Positions 35,906 to 48,895 are shown, counted from the stretch's first letter. The stretch is DNA of 64,000 nucleotides from Callorhinchus milii (GCF_018977255.1 NW_024704754.1:12834001-12898000), one strand, 5' to 3'. Numbers and translations are program-made. Notes: generated from the letters alone by a model not told the origin.

Positions 35906-36975
35906 TGTATAAAGGCAACATTAAACTGGTATGCAAAAAAAAATCCGAGAAAGTTAATGTGCTGGAAACTAGATGTAGTAGCTAAAACAGATCTCATCTG
36001 TTTGTTTCTAAAATAGGATCATTCTCTTTAAGTCTGTACTTAAACCCACTCATCACAATGCTCGTGTCTCATCCAACACCAATCAGAAGCATTAATTATG
36101 ATTCAAAGTTATCGTAACATAGAAATAAGGCACATTTTCCAGCAATTAATTCAATGCTGTAACAGCTGGCTCCAAAAATACATATGAAAGTTTAAATTTT
36201 TCTACTTCTTTTCAAATTTATGTTTTTGTCAAACAACTGCAATTAATCACATGCCGTAAACTTGGCAAGCTTGTTTTCCCCCCCGCACATTCAGCACTCA
36301 GTCGTGCACAACCTGTTGTCAACATTAAGCAGGTTTGAAAGAACGTTGACTTAATTGTAATTCACTAGAAATAAGCCGTTAAGACAAGACTCTGCTTTCC
36401 AAGTGAAAACCATTTGATGGCACGTAAATGGGTCGTTCTGTCTTTCTAAAATAATATAATGAAATTAACTCAATTTCAATTCACATTGTAAAAAAGTGCC
36501 ACGTAAAAGACAGCTGATTATTTTTTCCACACTGTAAAAATAGGATGACTTAAATTTTATCTGGTGCATGTAAATATAGCCAGTCCCACTAAAAATGTTG
36601 TTTAGTTAGCAGATAATAGTGTGTAGATACATATTGTGGGTATCGTTTTAATACTGTTCTATATCCCAATTATTGCTCGTTACAACATTTCCTAATTACA
36701 ACAAGAGTCAACAGGAGATATTAAAATTCCAACCTGTGCATTACAGGGAAACTCTACATAAAAGATTGGAGGGAAATCTTACAAAGTAGGATTTGGCACA
36801 ATTTTCTAGCACGCCGTGGTGATTGAGAGGAGAACTGGCAGACATGTCCAAAGTTGGTCTTCTCTTGCCTGGCAAATTCCTATGTTCTTATGTTCTTATA
36901 ATTTTGATCAGCTGAATAAAGTGGAACTGTTCCACTATTTGGTAAGTTGGTAACTAGAGGGCAAAGATTCTAAAA

Positions 36976-38241
36976 TAGAATTTTTTGAAGAGGTGACTGT
37001 GAGGGTTGATGAGGGAAATGTGGTGGACATTGTTTACATGGATTTCAAAAAGACTTTTGACACAGTACCACATAAGAGATGAATAAAAAAATTAGAGGCC
37101 CGCGGTATTAAGGGGACAGTGGCAGTTTGGATTAGGAACTGGCTGAGTGACAGAAAGCAGAGGGTGGTGGTTAATGGGTGTTTCTCGAAATGGAAGGAGG
37201 TGTGCAACGGTGTCCCCCAGGGATCGGTATTGGGACCACTGCTCTTTCTAATATATATTAATGATCTGGACTTGGGCATAGAGAGCACTATTTCCAAGTT
37301 TGCAGATGATACCAAGTTAGGGAGGGTAGTAAATAGTGAGGAGGACTGTAACCAACTGCAAGCAGCTATACACAGAATGGTGGAATGGGCTGACATGTGG
37401 CAGATGGATTTAAATGTGGATAAGTGTGAGGTGATACACTTCGGTAGGAAAAATGATAGGAGGCAATATAGACTTGGTAGCTCAATCTTAAGGGGGGTGA
37501 ACGTACAGAGGGATCTGGGTGTTCAAGTAAGTGAATCATTAAAGGTAGCGGGGCAGGTAGATAAGGCAGTAAAAAAGGCATTTGGTGTACTGTGCTTTAT
37601 TAGTAGGGGCATAGAGTATAAGAGTAGGGAGGTTATGGTTAATCTATACAAACACTGGTTTGGCCTCAGCTGGAGTACTGCGTCCAGTTCTGGGCACCTT
37701 ACCTCAGGAAGGACATTAAGGCATTGGAAAGAATGCAGAGGAGATTCACGAGAATGATACCAGGAATGGGGAACCTTAGCTATGAGGACAGGCTGGAGAA
37801 GTTAGGACTTTTCCCATTAGGGCAGAGAAGGTTACGCGGGGACGTGATAGAGGTCTTCATGAAAGGTTTCGACAGGCTAGATAAGGAAAAGCTGTTTCCG
37901 CTGGTAGGTGTGTCTGTGACCCGTGGTCACAGTCTTGAGCTATCTACCAAAAGAAACAGAGGGGAGGTTAGAAGAAATTAGGGGAGGTTAGAAGAAATGT
38001 TTTCACTCAGCGAGTTGTTCGAATTTGGAATGATCTGCCTGAAAGGCTAGTGAAGTCCGATTCGATAACAGCTTTTAAGAGAGAAAAGGATAGGTATCTG
38101 GGGAAGACCGGTTTGCAGGGCTATGGAGAGAAAGCTGGTGATTGGAGTTAGTGAAAGTGACTTGCTCTGTCAAAGAGCCGCACAGACTCGATGGGCCGAA
38201 TGGCCTCCTTCTGTGCTGTAACCTTCTATGAATCTATGAAT
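36976..38241 (+). mobile_element. CR1 LINE, 5'-truncated, disrupted RT ORF2 plus 3' UTR
   Basis: [65 protein letters not shown]; ends gatgggccgaatggcctccttctgtgctgtaa..(tctatga)2. Confidence 0.97.
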
Positions 38242-38374
38242 CCTCACCAAAAAGACAAAGTGAGACAAAGTGAGCAGTTAGGAGAACTTTTTTTTACATA
38301 CCCAGAGGGTTATTATTAAAGCTGTAACAAAAACAATGGTTAATGTATTGGAGGTAGACTTTTAAAGAGAATTT

Positions 38375-38511
38375 TAATTCTTGCATTTAATATATCCCTA
38401 TCACAACATCGAGATATCTCAAAGCACTTCACATTTCGTCCTGCCTGGAAATCGAACCGAGGTCCTCTCGCTTGCGAGGCGAGTGCTCTAACCAGTACGT
38501 TACAGGACTCC
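38375..38511 (-). mobile_element. Young SINE, minimal head-plus-tail deletion variant
   Basis: tRNA head joined directly to the tail at ggacgaaatgtgaagtgctttgag. Confidence 0.85.
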
Positions 38512-38606
38512 ACATATACATGAAAAAGAAACATTTGAAAGGGTGTGGGAAAAGACTAGGAAAGTGGGACTAAATGGAAAGCTCTTTCAGAGATCTGGCA
38601 AAGATA

Positions 38607-38870
38607 CAACAACAAATTGCATTAACATAGCGTCCCTCAATCAAGGTAGCAGCCCAGAGAGCTTGACAGTGGCAGAGCACGACGCCAAGCCAGGGGGAAG
38701 GGGGTGGTGACAGTAGGCACAGTCAAAGAGGAAGATCTTCAGGCACTATCTGAAGATAAGGAAGGAAGGGGTAAGGTGGAAGGAGAGGAACAGTGTTCCA
38801 GAGTTTTGGGGAGTAGTCGCTGAAAGTGCAGCCACCGTGGAACAGACAGCACGAGGGATATGCAGAAGGC
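38607..38870 (-). mobile_element. Older L2 3' fragment
   Basis: caacaacaaattgcatt..atagcg..ggcacagtcaaagagg..gttccagag..gctgaaag. Confidence 0.7.
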
Positions 38871-39410
38871 ATTAATCATAAGACCTCCAGTGCTGTAAAA
38901 TTTTACAATTTAACTCTCTTTGGATATTGAGCTGGCCCTGTACTCTGAATAACAGTAGGGAAACAAGATCTACGACAGCAGGGACAGGGTGAATTTAAAT
39001 CCACAGCAGCAGCCTGTCCCGTCTTACCAATTATATTACATATTATATTTAACAGACCGAACTCTCTCCAGCGCTTAAGCATGAACTCACTAGTCACTAA
39101 ATCAAACTAAGAAATCAAAGAACGCGAATACATATATTGTCCTGAAATACTAGACACCAATGCCCAGTTTGGAACACGAGAAGATAACCATTCATTTTTT
39201 CTTAATGTGCGATATACTTCTGTAAAGTAATATCCCCAACTGCCAGCGACTAACTTAAAATGATTTGCAGCTACTGAAAATCAAATCTGTGTGGCAGTAC
39301 CTTCCAACAGCCTATATCCTACAGTGTGAAATTGAGGGAAGTTTACAAAACAATTCATGTCACTTTAATTCTAACAAATTGCACAATTTTTTTTTAAAAA
39401 AGAAAAATAA

Positions 39411-39625
39411 AGGGAGGGAAGGGAGGTGGCCGATGGCATGGTCGAAGAGGAGGGTTTTGAGGCGGGACTTGAAGGAGGCTAAGGAGGGGGCGAGGCGGAG
39501 TGATTGGGGGATGGAATTCCAGAGGTTGGGGGCAGAGTGGCTGAAGGCTCTCCCGTCAATGGTGGGGCGAGTGGGTTGGGGGATGTGGAGCAGGCCAGAG
39601 CTGGCTGGGCGGAGGGAGCGGGCTA
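39411..39625 (-). mobile_element. L2 ORF2 end and 3' UTR fragment
   Basis: Closely similar to the reverse complement of 7080-7290. Confidence 0.9.
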
Positions 39626-40879
39626 TATAATATATAGATAAGATGCTATATCAAATGCAAGGATTATTATTATTATTATTATTGTGTCGGTGCTGGCTCT
39701 TTTATGCGAAGTCCTTTCATTCCCATTACCTTTCCTCATAATCCCTTTAGTTAACTCCTTTTTAGGTATTTATCTAATATTTTTTAAAAATTACTATGGA
39801 TTCTTATATTCCAATCCTGGCTCAGCCACCCTTCCTGGTAACCAGTACCAACTATTAATTACACTATGTGTAAAGAAATATATCTTGACATCAGTACTAA
39901 AATTACCCTTCATAAAAATTTAGTGCCCTTTTGTTGTGTTGCCTTGTCTTTCTGTATCCCATTTAGGATCTCAACCACCTCAAAAAGGTAGCCTTTGAGA
40001 TATCTCCTTGCAAAGTTGGAGAGATCTAGTTTAGTTATTCATTCATTCCTAATAATAATCCCTCTCCACTGGGGTCAGCCCCATTGCTCACATATCAGAA
40101 GACAAGGTCTAGGTTTCCTCTTTGCAGCAATTAAATCATTTAGGAAAAGCTCTGCAAGTGCATTCCAAGCATCAAACTCCAATCCACATCTCCAATCAAT
40201 GTGTCTGACCCATGCTCTCCATCTCCTATTGGAACGATGTACACAAATGGACTGGCTTCATTTTACCATTAAACTATTAGCATAACCATTAAGGGCATGA
40301 ATTGTAATGGGAAGAAGAAAATGTTCCTACTAATGGATGACTTACTAGTAGCTCTTTCTAAAAGAACAATTGTTTGGACTTCTTGTGTAGAACTAAAACC
40401 GATTTTGACAAACATCCTATGTTGAAAAATTCCTCCCAAAATGCATCTTTGCAGCTTCTATACCATTGCTGCTTCCCAAAGGGTTTTACAGCAATTACCA
40501 TCGCTTTTTTTTTGCAAACAACATGATAGTTATCATGCACACACAGGAAAGTCCCACAAACAGACATGAGGTGAATAACAATTGAATGGGTAGAGCCATT
40601 GTCCAGGATACTTGGAAAAATTCCTTCCTCTTTTCAAAAAACTTCACAAGATCCACCTGGCGGTGCTCAGTTTGATGTCTCTTCCAAAGCATTTTCTCAG
40701 GCCTGCACTGGTGCATTACCCTAAGGTGTAGGCGCCTTGGGACGTCCTCCCGACGTGAAAGGCGCTCAATAAATGGAATCTTGTTGTTGTTGTTGTAGGC
40801 ACCAGACTGTGAGCTGAACCATTCTATATATACTTAAATTTCCCCTCTCAGGACAACGTTATTGTTTTATTGTTTATTG

Positions 40880-41048
40880 GGAGTTATATTCTAAGATTCA
40901 ATAACAAGTTTTAAGAGAGAAGTAGATAATTATTTAATTATTATTGCTGGCTCTTTCCCCTTGCAGGGCTATGGGGAAAGAGCCAGCACAGACATGATGG
41001 GCCGAATGGCCTCCTTCTACGCTGTAAGCTTCTATGATTCTATGATTC
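40880..41048 (+). mobile_element. CR1 3' UTR fragment
   Basis: ttgcagggctatggggaaagagcc..gatgggccgaatggcctccttct..(ttctatga)2. Confidence 0.85.
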
Positions 41049-41242
41049 TAGATATACATTTTTTTTTGGTCAGCTGGGTGGCTGACGCATGCAGAAACCC
41101 ATCACAATGTTTAAGAGTGTCCAAACCAAGCTGAGGATTCCTCATCAATGAGTCCGGTGAAGAAATATCACAAGATTGATTTGGATGAAGAAGGCCCATT
41201 GCCCAACCAATCTCATTCTTCCAGATGATCAGCAACAGAGAT

Positions 41243-41575
41243 TCTTCCTGTTCAGCTCCTGTAAGTCAAAGCCCTAATGGGTAGGCTGGTCTTAGGTGGA
41301 CAAGCAGTGGGAGGTGTCTTGGACAGTGTTTTCAATGGCAAGTTATGTGTTTTTAGTTGGTTAAACTCCAGAAGTCCCCCAAACACATTCTGGAGTCCCC
41401 GGGTCTTGGTTCTTACCAGTTTACACCTAAAGCACTCTGGAATGCTTTTCTGCACAAGGGGTGCCATATAAATGCAAGTTCTTGTTATTGTTAACACTCT
41501 CTAGATTTAGGTAAGCAGAGCACATCCCTCCAACTAGAGAGCCCACCCTCCATTCCAGACAGGGGATCCCAATGT
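41243..41575 (+). repeat. Unclassified interspersed repeat, copy 1, carrying an inserted L2/SINE tail
   Basis: Aligns with 43890-44165 (aagtcaaagccc, acagtg.tttcaatggcaagttatg, tttaggtaagcagag..catccctcca). Confidence 0.8.
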
Positions 41576-43039
41576 GAACTTTTAGATGGAAGCTATTCCA
41601 TTGGTTGTCTTTACCCTATGATATGTATGCCTTTGTAGCTCTGAATATAATCACTGCCATTGTCCACCCTTCCGGTAAATGGACACGTCCCCCGTCCACC
41701 ACCCCGTGCACTCCCCAGAACGGTGAACTATCAATTGTGTAGGTTGTCTATTAAGTATATCAAACAGATGGTGGATTTAAATTGAGATAAAACCCTAAGG
41801 TTCTTTAAACAGCACGGAACTGAATTTGATTTGTCTAATGCTCACATCTAAAGATAGCCACAGATCACACACATCACTGAACAAAAGACATTCAGGAGTT
41901 TGTAAACTGAGTACTCATTCCAGCAGATATCTTTATTGCTGACAAAAGGGGGACAAATTTTGCAGTATCACTTTTCTATAGTACCAGATGGGAGCTGGTT
42001 TACAGTTCAAATATTACAGGCACAGGGTAGGAGGCAGATTTGGAACACGGCCCACACTGATTCTCTACCTATGGTGCGTTGAAAGTAAAGCAGACTAGAG
42101 TGACTGTCACCTAATGCAATGAATAAAATAGGCCCTTTAGTCACAGGGGACACTTCATGGAGAGAAACAGAGCTTTCATCTGTCTTAGGCCTTCCAAGTT
42201 TTCCCCACAGTGGGTGCAGGTTATGAATACAATAGAGAATAGAAAAATCCTCGCACAATACCTAGGGAATGCATTCGATTCATTTTGGGTTCAATCACAG
42301 TCTCTATATCAGACCCTAATAAAACGTGTTAAGTTGGACTCTGGCTACCAATTGAATTAGGAAGGGAAAAAGACACACACACCACCCACAATGGAAATTT
42401 GATTTGAGACTCTGTGGGAGGTAGTTCTCCCAGGAGAAACTTTTACATACTCTTTGAAAACAACAGTGGTATCAGATTGATGGTATCTGCTCCCCCCACC
42501 CACATTATTATAAACAAACCACAAACCTCTTCTTAATGATGGGAAATGCACCATCCCCTAGGTTACACAGCTCTGTGTTTTTTCTTGGCCACAAAAATGC
42601 AACTGGAAATGATATGCTGCCTATTCCTTGGGCATAAAGATATCAATTGATGTATGTATATATCCGCTCTATTCCTTTCCAAAGCAGTGCTTGGAGGCCA
42701 TGGAACAAAAGGAGTTTGACACATTTGAGAGAAAGTGTATCATAGGTTTCCTTTATTAAAGAGTCACCCGTAACTAAATGTGTTCTGTCAAAGGTCATAG
42801 AGCTACAATGAGCAATTCTGTAACTTTTTTTCTATTATGACTTGTAATTTAAAAAAAAGTTGCACCACATAAATGTTGTGGAGGACGATGTAAACGGTTT
42901 AGATTTTGGCTTCTCTTTTGAAGGTGTTTATTCCGTTTGCTGTATATTTCCTTTAACCTCCTATTCCTAACCATTCTCAAGCATCGCTAATGCTGCTACC
43001 GTGTACAGATGGCTGAAAGAGGTACTAAATGAAAGAGTG

Positions 43040-43325
43040 AAAATGAATCCAGACGAATAATTTCAGATGTGTCAAGGCAGCAGTACAAGAGGGCACAAGT
43101 TCAAGGTTGGGAAGGACAACTTCAGGGCAGACACCAGACGTTTTCCTTTACAAAGGGTAATTAACAGCTGGAATGGGTTATCAGAGACAGTTCTGGAGAC
43201 CAGGACACTTTAATCACTTAACAAACAGATTGATGCTGTAATGGGAGGATGGGAGGGTGGGTGTTCTGGAAGGAGATCAAATGGGCAGAAGATTTTTCTT
43301 TATCTGAACCTCACTTGTGATCTTG
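43040..43325 (+). mobile_element. Old CR1 3' fragment
   Basis: agtacaagagggcacaagttcaag..ttcagggcagacaccagacg..aagggtaattaacagctggaatggg. Confidence 0.75.
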
Positions 43326-43889
43326 AGTTGCTGCAGTAGGTACAATGCTAATACATTATCGCACTGTGCATGAGAAATATGTTACAGGGTCAACTTCTGA
43401 CTTCAGCCCAAACTGTAAGAGATGGACATAAATGCTGATGGGGGGGAACGGGGTAAGAGGGGGGGAGGAAAAGCAAAGGACAAATCTAACTTGATCCTCC
43501 CTTACACACCTCCCACCTGGAAGGCTGGGGGAAGGGATGGTGAGAGAGATAATTATGATATTTCATAACAGATTTGATGTCAGATGAAACCAGTTATAAA
43601 ACATCTAATTTATTTCACTGCCTCGTAATAAAAACCCAGGATTGTCAGAGATGTGAGAAAAGAAGATAAGGGGTTAGAAAGATGGACATAAAGAGCTACT
43701 GAAAGTTTTTTTAAATTGTCGGACAGATGTGAGGGGAAGAAATTATAAATTGTTTGTTCACCTACAAATGCAGTCACTACACTGTACAGTAAATCTTGTG
43801 AAGTGCCTTAAGACATCGCGACAGCACGATAAGATGCTAAATCAAATTCAAATATTATCATTGTAATTAGGAGCAGGGATTCTCCTTAC

Positions 43890-44165
43890 TCTTTTCCTGT
43901 CAAACCTGCAAGTCAAAGCCCGAGGAGGTAAGGTAGTCCTAGCTGGAAAAGCAGCAGCAAGCTTGCCAGACAGTGCTTTCAATGGCAAGTTATGAGTTTT
44001 TTTTATTGGTTGAACTGAAGCATTATCCCAACGCACACTCTGGGGTCCCCAAGCCTTGGTTTTTGCCAACCTGCACTTAATACTCTCCAGGTTTAGGTAA
44101 GCAGAGTGCATCCCTCCAGGGAGAGAGTGTGCATTCCATACTTGACACAGGGAAATTTCCGTGTG
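43890..44165 (+). repeat. Unclassified interspersed repeat, copy 2
   Basis: Collinear with 41243-41575 minus the tail insertion. Confidence 0.8.
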
Positions 44166-45844
44166 TAGGTAGCATACAAATGTGGAGCTCTTAATCTAGT
44201 TTCGATACTCTTATGCGTCATGATGGGTTTTCCGCCACTCAGCTGACCCCAAAAAATTCTTATTATATAGCTGTTGTGCAACACTTCATCTTATATAAAC
44301 AAACTGGGCTCTGCATTATTAAGACCTTGAATGGCTGGTATCACATGTAATGTTATTCCTGAGTTTCAACTAATTCCAGACAGCTGCTAGTAGTTGCAAA
44401 CTCAAGACTGCAGCTGCTTTTGTAAACACAACTGTGGAATCAACACGCACAAAAAAGCAGGAACTTGTTGTAAGAGCTAAATAAATACCCTCTTTCTTGC
44501 CCTTTCTTGATGGTTAGCTGGCTGGTCGACCCTCTGAATAGATTTGATAATCCCATCAGATATTTTTGCCTAAAACTTCCAATTCTGTATAAACTGGTTC
44601 AATCATTTTGTGCTTCTCTGCGACACATCATGAGCCAGGAATGCTCTCCATATGGGGACACAGCAAAGCATGTTGCAATGCTTTTGAGTATGTGGCTTTT
44701 TTTTTGTTCCCCTATCAGAGGGATGGTGAATGTCTTTCGGAGATGTGGCAAAACAGATTTTTCAATGTGTGAAGGCCTGTGAGTCATTATTGGTGTGAAA
44801 ATTGGTGTAATATTGCCCTCCAGTCCCTTCATATGTTAAAAATCTGGAACAGTGAAATTTGTGAAATACCCCGTGTATACATCACTTGGGATAATTATCA
44901 CATCATAAAAAATCCCATCTTGTTAGCAAATCCCCCCCACTCCCCACCTCCAATAATTGAGCCTAACTTGCCCATATCAGCCAGTAGACTTGCCTGCCTG
45001 TGGATCATGGCATTGCTAGGCAAACCTCAGTGAATCCTCTTACACTTCACTCCTCCATTCTCCTATAAAAATAAACAGCCTTTAGCCAACTGTTGCCAGG
45101 CAATATGTTAAATATTATAAGATTGTTAAATTGAATACCTTTACCTGAGGGATCATAGAACATCAGCCGTTGTACTCTTCTAGAACTTTCAGCCCTGATT
45201 TTATTTCTATGCTCTTTCCCCATTCATTATCTGAAAATTTACCCAAATTGTTAGAAAAGGCTGATGGAATTCTAGGTGTCTTGCAGCAGAGGCTTTAGGC
45301 ATCGACTGTGTAGAAAACAACATTTTCAGCCCTGGCCTATTCCTACCATGGATGAAGATCTCAGTTCTCACAATATCTCATGTATTGATCTATGACATGC
45401 AACAAAGGGATGCTGAGAAACCTTAGTATTTTATTGTTCAAAGCGAAGAGGAGGTTGGGGGAGTATGATGCATTTTAATGCTAACCACATCAAGGTGATG
45501 TTTCATATTAATACGCTCTCGTTTCCTGGAATATACAGAAGCTCTAGAGAGAATAGCAAAATATAGCAGCTCTGTTTGATAGAGGCAGCCTTACCGATTG
45601 AAAAAGATCTTTATCCCAAAAGCCAGCCTTTAATCCAGTCCTCTCTAATATACTTGCCAGAGTGGCAAAGGCACAGCAGAAATATCCCCAGAGAGGTTGT
45701 CAGTGCAGGAATGCAGTCATGGGCTGAGCTTGGGGCACACACAGCTTCCTCCAGTGGGCTCTGCAAATTCAGAGGATTAAGTGGAAGATGAATAAAGAGA
45801 TTTCCCCAGCACAGCTCTGCTCGGAATCTTACTAAGTAAGGGAA

Positions 45845-46520
45845 TAAGAACTTGCATTTTCATAGTGACTATAAAGTCGAAACATCACAAAGTGCTACAC
45901 AATAATTACTTTCAAGTGTAGTGATTGTTTTTGAAGGCAAACAAGAGAACCATTTTGCATACAGGAATGTCCCACAAAGAGCTTTGAACTGAATGAACCA
46001 CTGATACAACAACAAATTGTATTTACATAGCATCTATCACACAGGGAGGATGTCCCAAGGTGCTGGAATGATTTTCACCCGATCTGGGGGTTGGAGTCAA
46101 GATGGTGGAGGGCAAGGGGTGGAAGGGGAGAAGGTGTTGGTACAGTGAAAGGGCAAGGTCTTGAGACCGGCCTTGAATGAGGCAAAGGCGGGAATGAGGC
46201 AGAGAGGCTGAAGGTCTGATCTGGGCGATTGAAAGCCAGGACATTGGGAGAAACTCTCTTTCCCTTTTCAATTGTGTCATGGGATCTTTACTGTTTACTT
46301 GAATGGGCTTGTGGGACCTCAACTTAACTGTGGAGGTAGCAGGTAATGCTGTGAGGAGAGATGAGGTTGGAGAGATAGGGGGTGCCAAGGAGTGGAGAGA
46401 TTTAAACATGATTGAGGATCTTGAAGTTGATCCGCTCTGTGACAGGGAGCCAATGGAGTTTGGCAAAGACTGGGGTAATCGGGGTGTGGAGTTTAGTGTG
46501 GGTGAGAATGCGGTCAACCT
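45845..46520 (-). mobile_element. Interleaved Deu-SINE and L2 fragments
   Basis: SINE tail 45845-46003, L2 3' end 46005-46215, Deu core 46225-46330, L2 ORF2 end 46330-46515. Confidence 0.7.
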
Positions 46521-46631
46521 CCTAAAGCAGAAGAAAGAGAGTGACCACCTAAATTATGCTAGCACCACCACAGTATGACCTATTGATAACCCTTTATTTT
46601 AAATGACTAACCTAATAACATGAGTAATTAT

Positions 46632-46697
46632 AACATTTAATAATGCACAATTATATGGTTACTTGTGGAACCATATAATTGCGCATTATTAAATGTT
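46632..46697. repeat. Near-perfect inverted repeat, 29-bp arms, 8-nt loop
   Basis: aacatttaataatgcacaattatatggtt / aaccatataattgcgcattattaaatgtt, one mismatch. Confidence 0.95.
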
Positions 46698-47276
46698 TTC
46701 CGCTAACAATGTGACCAACAGCTCTACATTTAGAATGTGAGCTTTAACAAAATGATCACGTATTTAATTCTCAAATATCACTCAATGAACTTGCAATGAT
46801 TAAATTTCAATTATGAGTCATCCGATGTGGACATCAACTCACATCAGTACCACCAAGTGAAAAAAAATCATCCCATGAACTCCACACACTCTATGCATTG
46901 AAAACAATCATAGATACTGTGGTGCATTTACAGTAGGGTTCAGCAGCAAGCTCTCATGAATTATGAAATCCTGCTGAGTGAGATTTATGCTTTGTAATCG
47001 CATCCACGTAACCAGTGTGCTCTTTGTGTTGCATCAGTAGTTGTGACAATTTTAGTGACAAATTAAGCTTCATTTTGTAGTGGACATCCTAGCAACTCAG
47101 ATGAGTCTGTCATCCATAGATTACTGGACATGGGACTTTTACAACCCAGTAAACATAACATAATAAGAACACATAAAATGAGAGAATAGGATTTGGCTCC
47201 TTCACACCCAAATAAAACTGACACTGTCACTGAGTGCAGCCCCAACCCCTTTATGTCCTGGGAGAAGGTAATGTAT

Positions 47277-47404
47277 GCTGTGTGCAATTGGCTGCCAATT
47301 TACACCCACAAAATATACAGTCAAATCACTTTGCAGTATATTCTGTGAAGAGCTTTGAAACATCTCAATGGCATGATAAGGCACTATATCAAACGCAAAG
47401 ATTA
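47277..47404 (+). mobile_element. 5'-truncated young SINE
   Basis: tgctgtgtgcaattggctgcc..gataaggcactatatcaaacgcaaagatta. Confidence 0.88.
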
Positions 47405-48895
47405 CAACAACAAAATTGCATTTGTATAGCGCCTTTCACATCGGGAGGACGTCCCAAGGTGCTGGACAGTTAGTGTTTCGGGCCCGAGCTGGGGGTTGGG
47501 ATTGGGGAGGGTGGAGAGCGGGGGGGAAGCTGGGTGATCAAAAGCACGGTCGAAGAGGAGGGTCTTGAAATGGTTCTTGAAGGAGGGAAGGGAGGGGGGG
47601 GGGGCGAGGCGGAGGGGCTGCGGGATTGAGTTCCAGAGGCTGGGGCAGAGTGGCTAAAGGCCCGTCCGCCAATAGTGGGGTGAGCGAGGTGGGGGATATG
47701 AAGCAGGCCCGCTGAGTGGAGGGAGCGAGCAGGATGGTAGGGGGTTAGGAGGTCAAGAGCTAGGGGGTAGCAAGGCCATGGAGGGCTTTGAAGGTGAGGA
47801 CCAGGATCTTGAATTGTATCCGCTGTGTGATGGGAAGCCAGTGGAGTCGGGTGAGGATGGGGGTGATAGGCTCATGGAGCCTGGTGCGGGAGAGGACACG
47901 GGCTGCAGTGGACTGGATGATCTGCAGCCTATGGAGGGAGGAGTTGGGGAGGCCGACAAGCAGGGAGTTTGCATAGTCAAGCCTCAATGTAATGAAAGCG
48001 TGTATGAGGATTTTGGCGGCCTGCGGAGTGAGACAGTGGCGGAGCCGAGTGATGTTGCGGAGGTGGAGGAAGGCAGAGCAGATCATGGCATGGATATGGG
48101 ATAGAAAGGATAGTTGAGGGTCACACAAGACGTCAGACTGGCTTAGCAAGGTGGAGTGTGCAACCATGATGCTATCAGCGCCTGAGGTGTGGAGGCACCC
48201 ACAGGAGCCAATCAGCCAATCAGGAGGGCCTCAGTCTTGTTTACGTTCACCTGAAGAAAGTTAGCTCTCATCCTGAACTTGATATTCTGACAGACATTCT
48301 GTCAGGACAGCACTGGTCCTGGAGTTAAGGGTGGAGGCAGAGAGGTAGAGTTGGGTGTCATGCACATGCATATGGAAGTTGACCCCATGTTTGTGAATGA
48401 TGTCCCCAAGAGGGAGCATATAGATATTGAAGAGGAGGGGACCAAGGACAGAGCCCCGAGGACTGCCGCACGAGATGGTGAGGGGACTAGAGGAGAAACT
48501 GTTTGTGGAGATGAAGGTGGAGGTGGTGTGAGAGGTACGATCTCAACCAGTCAAGGACAGAACCATGAAGGTTGAGGTGAGAGGAGAGGCAGTGGATGAG
48601 GATAGAGTGGTCAACGGTGCTGAAGGCAACAGGGGGGTCAAGGAGGACAAGGAGGCAGAGGGAGCCCTGGTCGTAGATGGACAGAATGTCATTTGTCACT
48701 TTGACCAGGGGTGTTTCTGTGCTGTGGGCAGCACGCAAACCCGATTGGAGGGGTTCGTGAAAGGAATGGCAGAAGAGGAAGGAGCGAAGCTGGGAAGCAA
48801 TGACTCGTTCCAGGACCTTGGAGAGGAAAGGGAGGTTGGAGATGGGGTGGTTGTTTGAGAGCAGGAATGGGTCCAGGAAGGGTTTTTTAAGGAAT
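47405..48895 (-). mobile_element. L2 LINE, 5'-truncated, degraded ORF2
   Basis: AHSTETPLVKVTNDIL, AFSTVDHSIL, RLDYANSLLVGLP, LHWLPITQRIQFK; (caa)n tail at 47405. Confidence 0.97.

Noticed and set aside
37119-37981. Intact CR1 ORF2
   Set aside because: Stop near 37080, frameshift near 37650 and a 20-bp tandem duplication at 37960-37998
45146-45230. Minus-strand exon (ttttcag..CAG|GTAAAG)
   Set aside because: Stops in all three frames; could only be non-coding and has no other support
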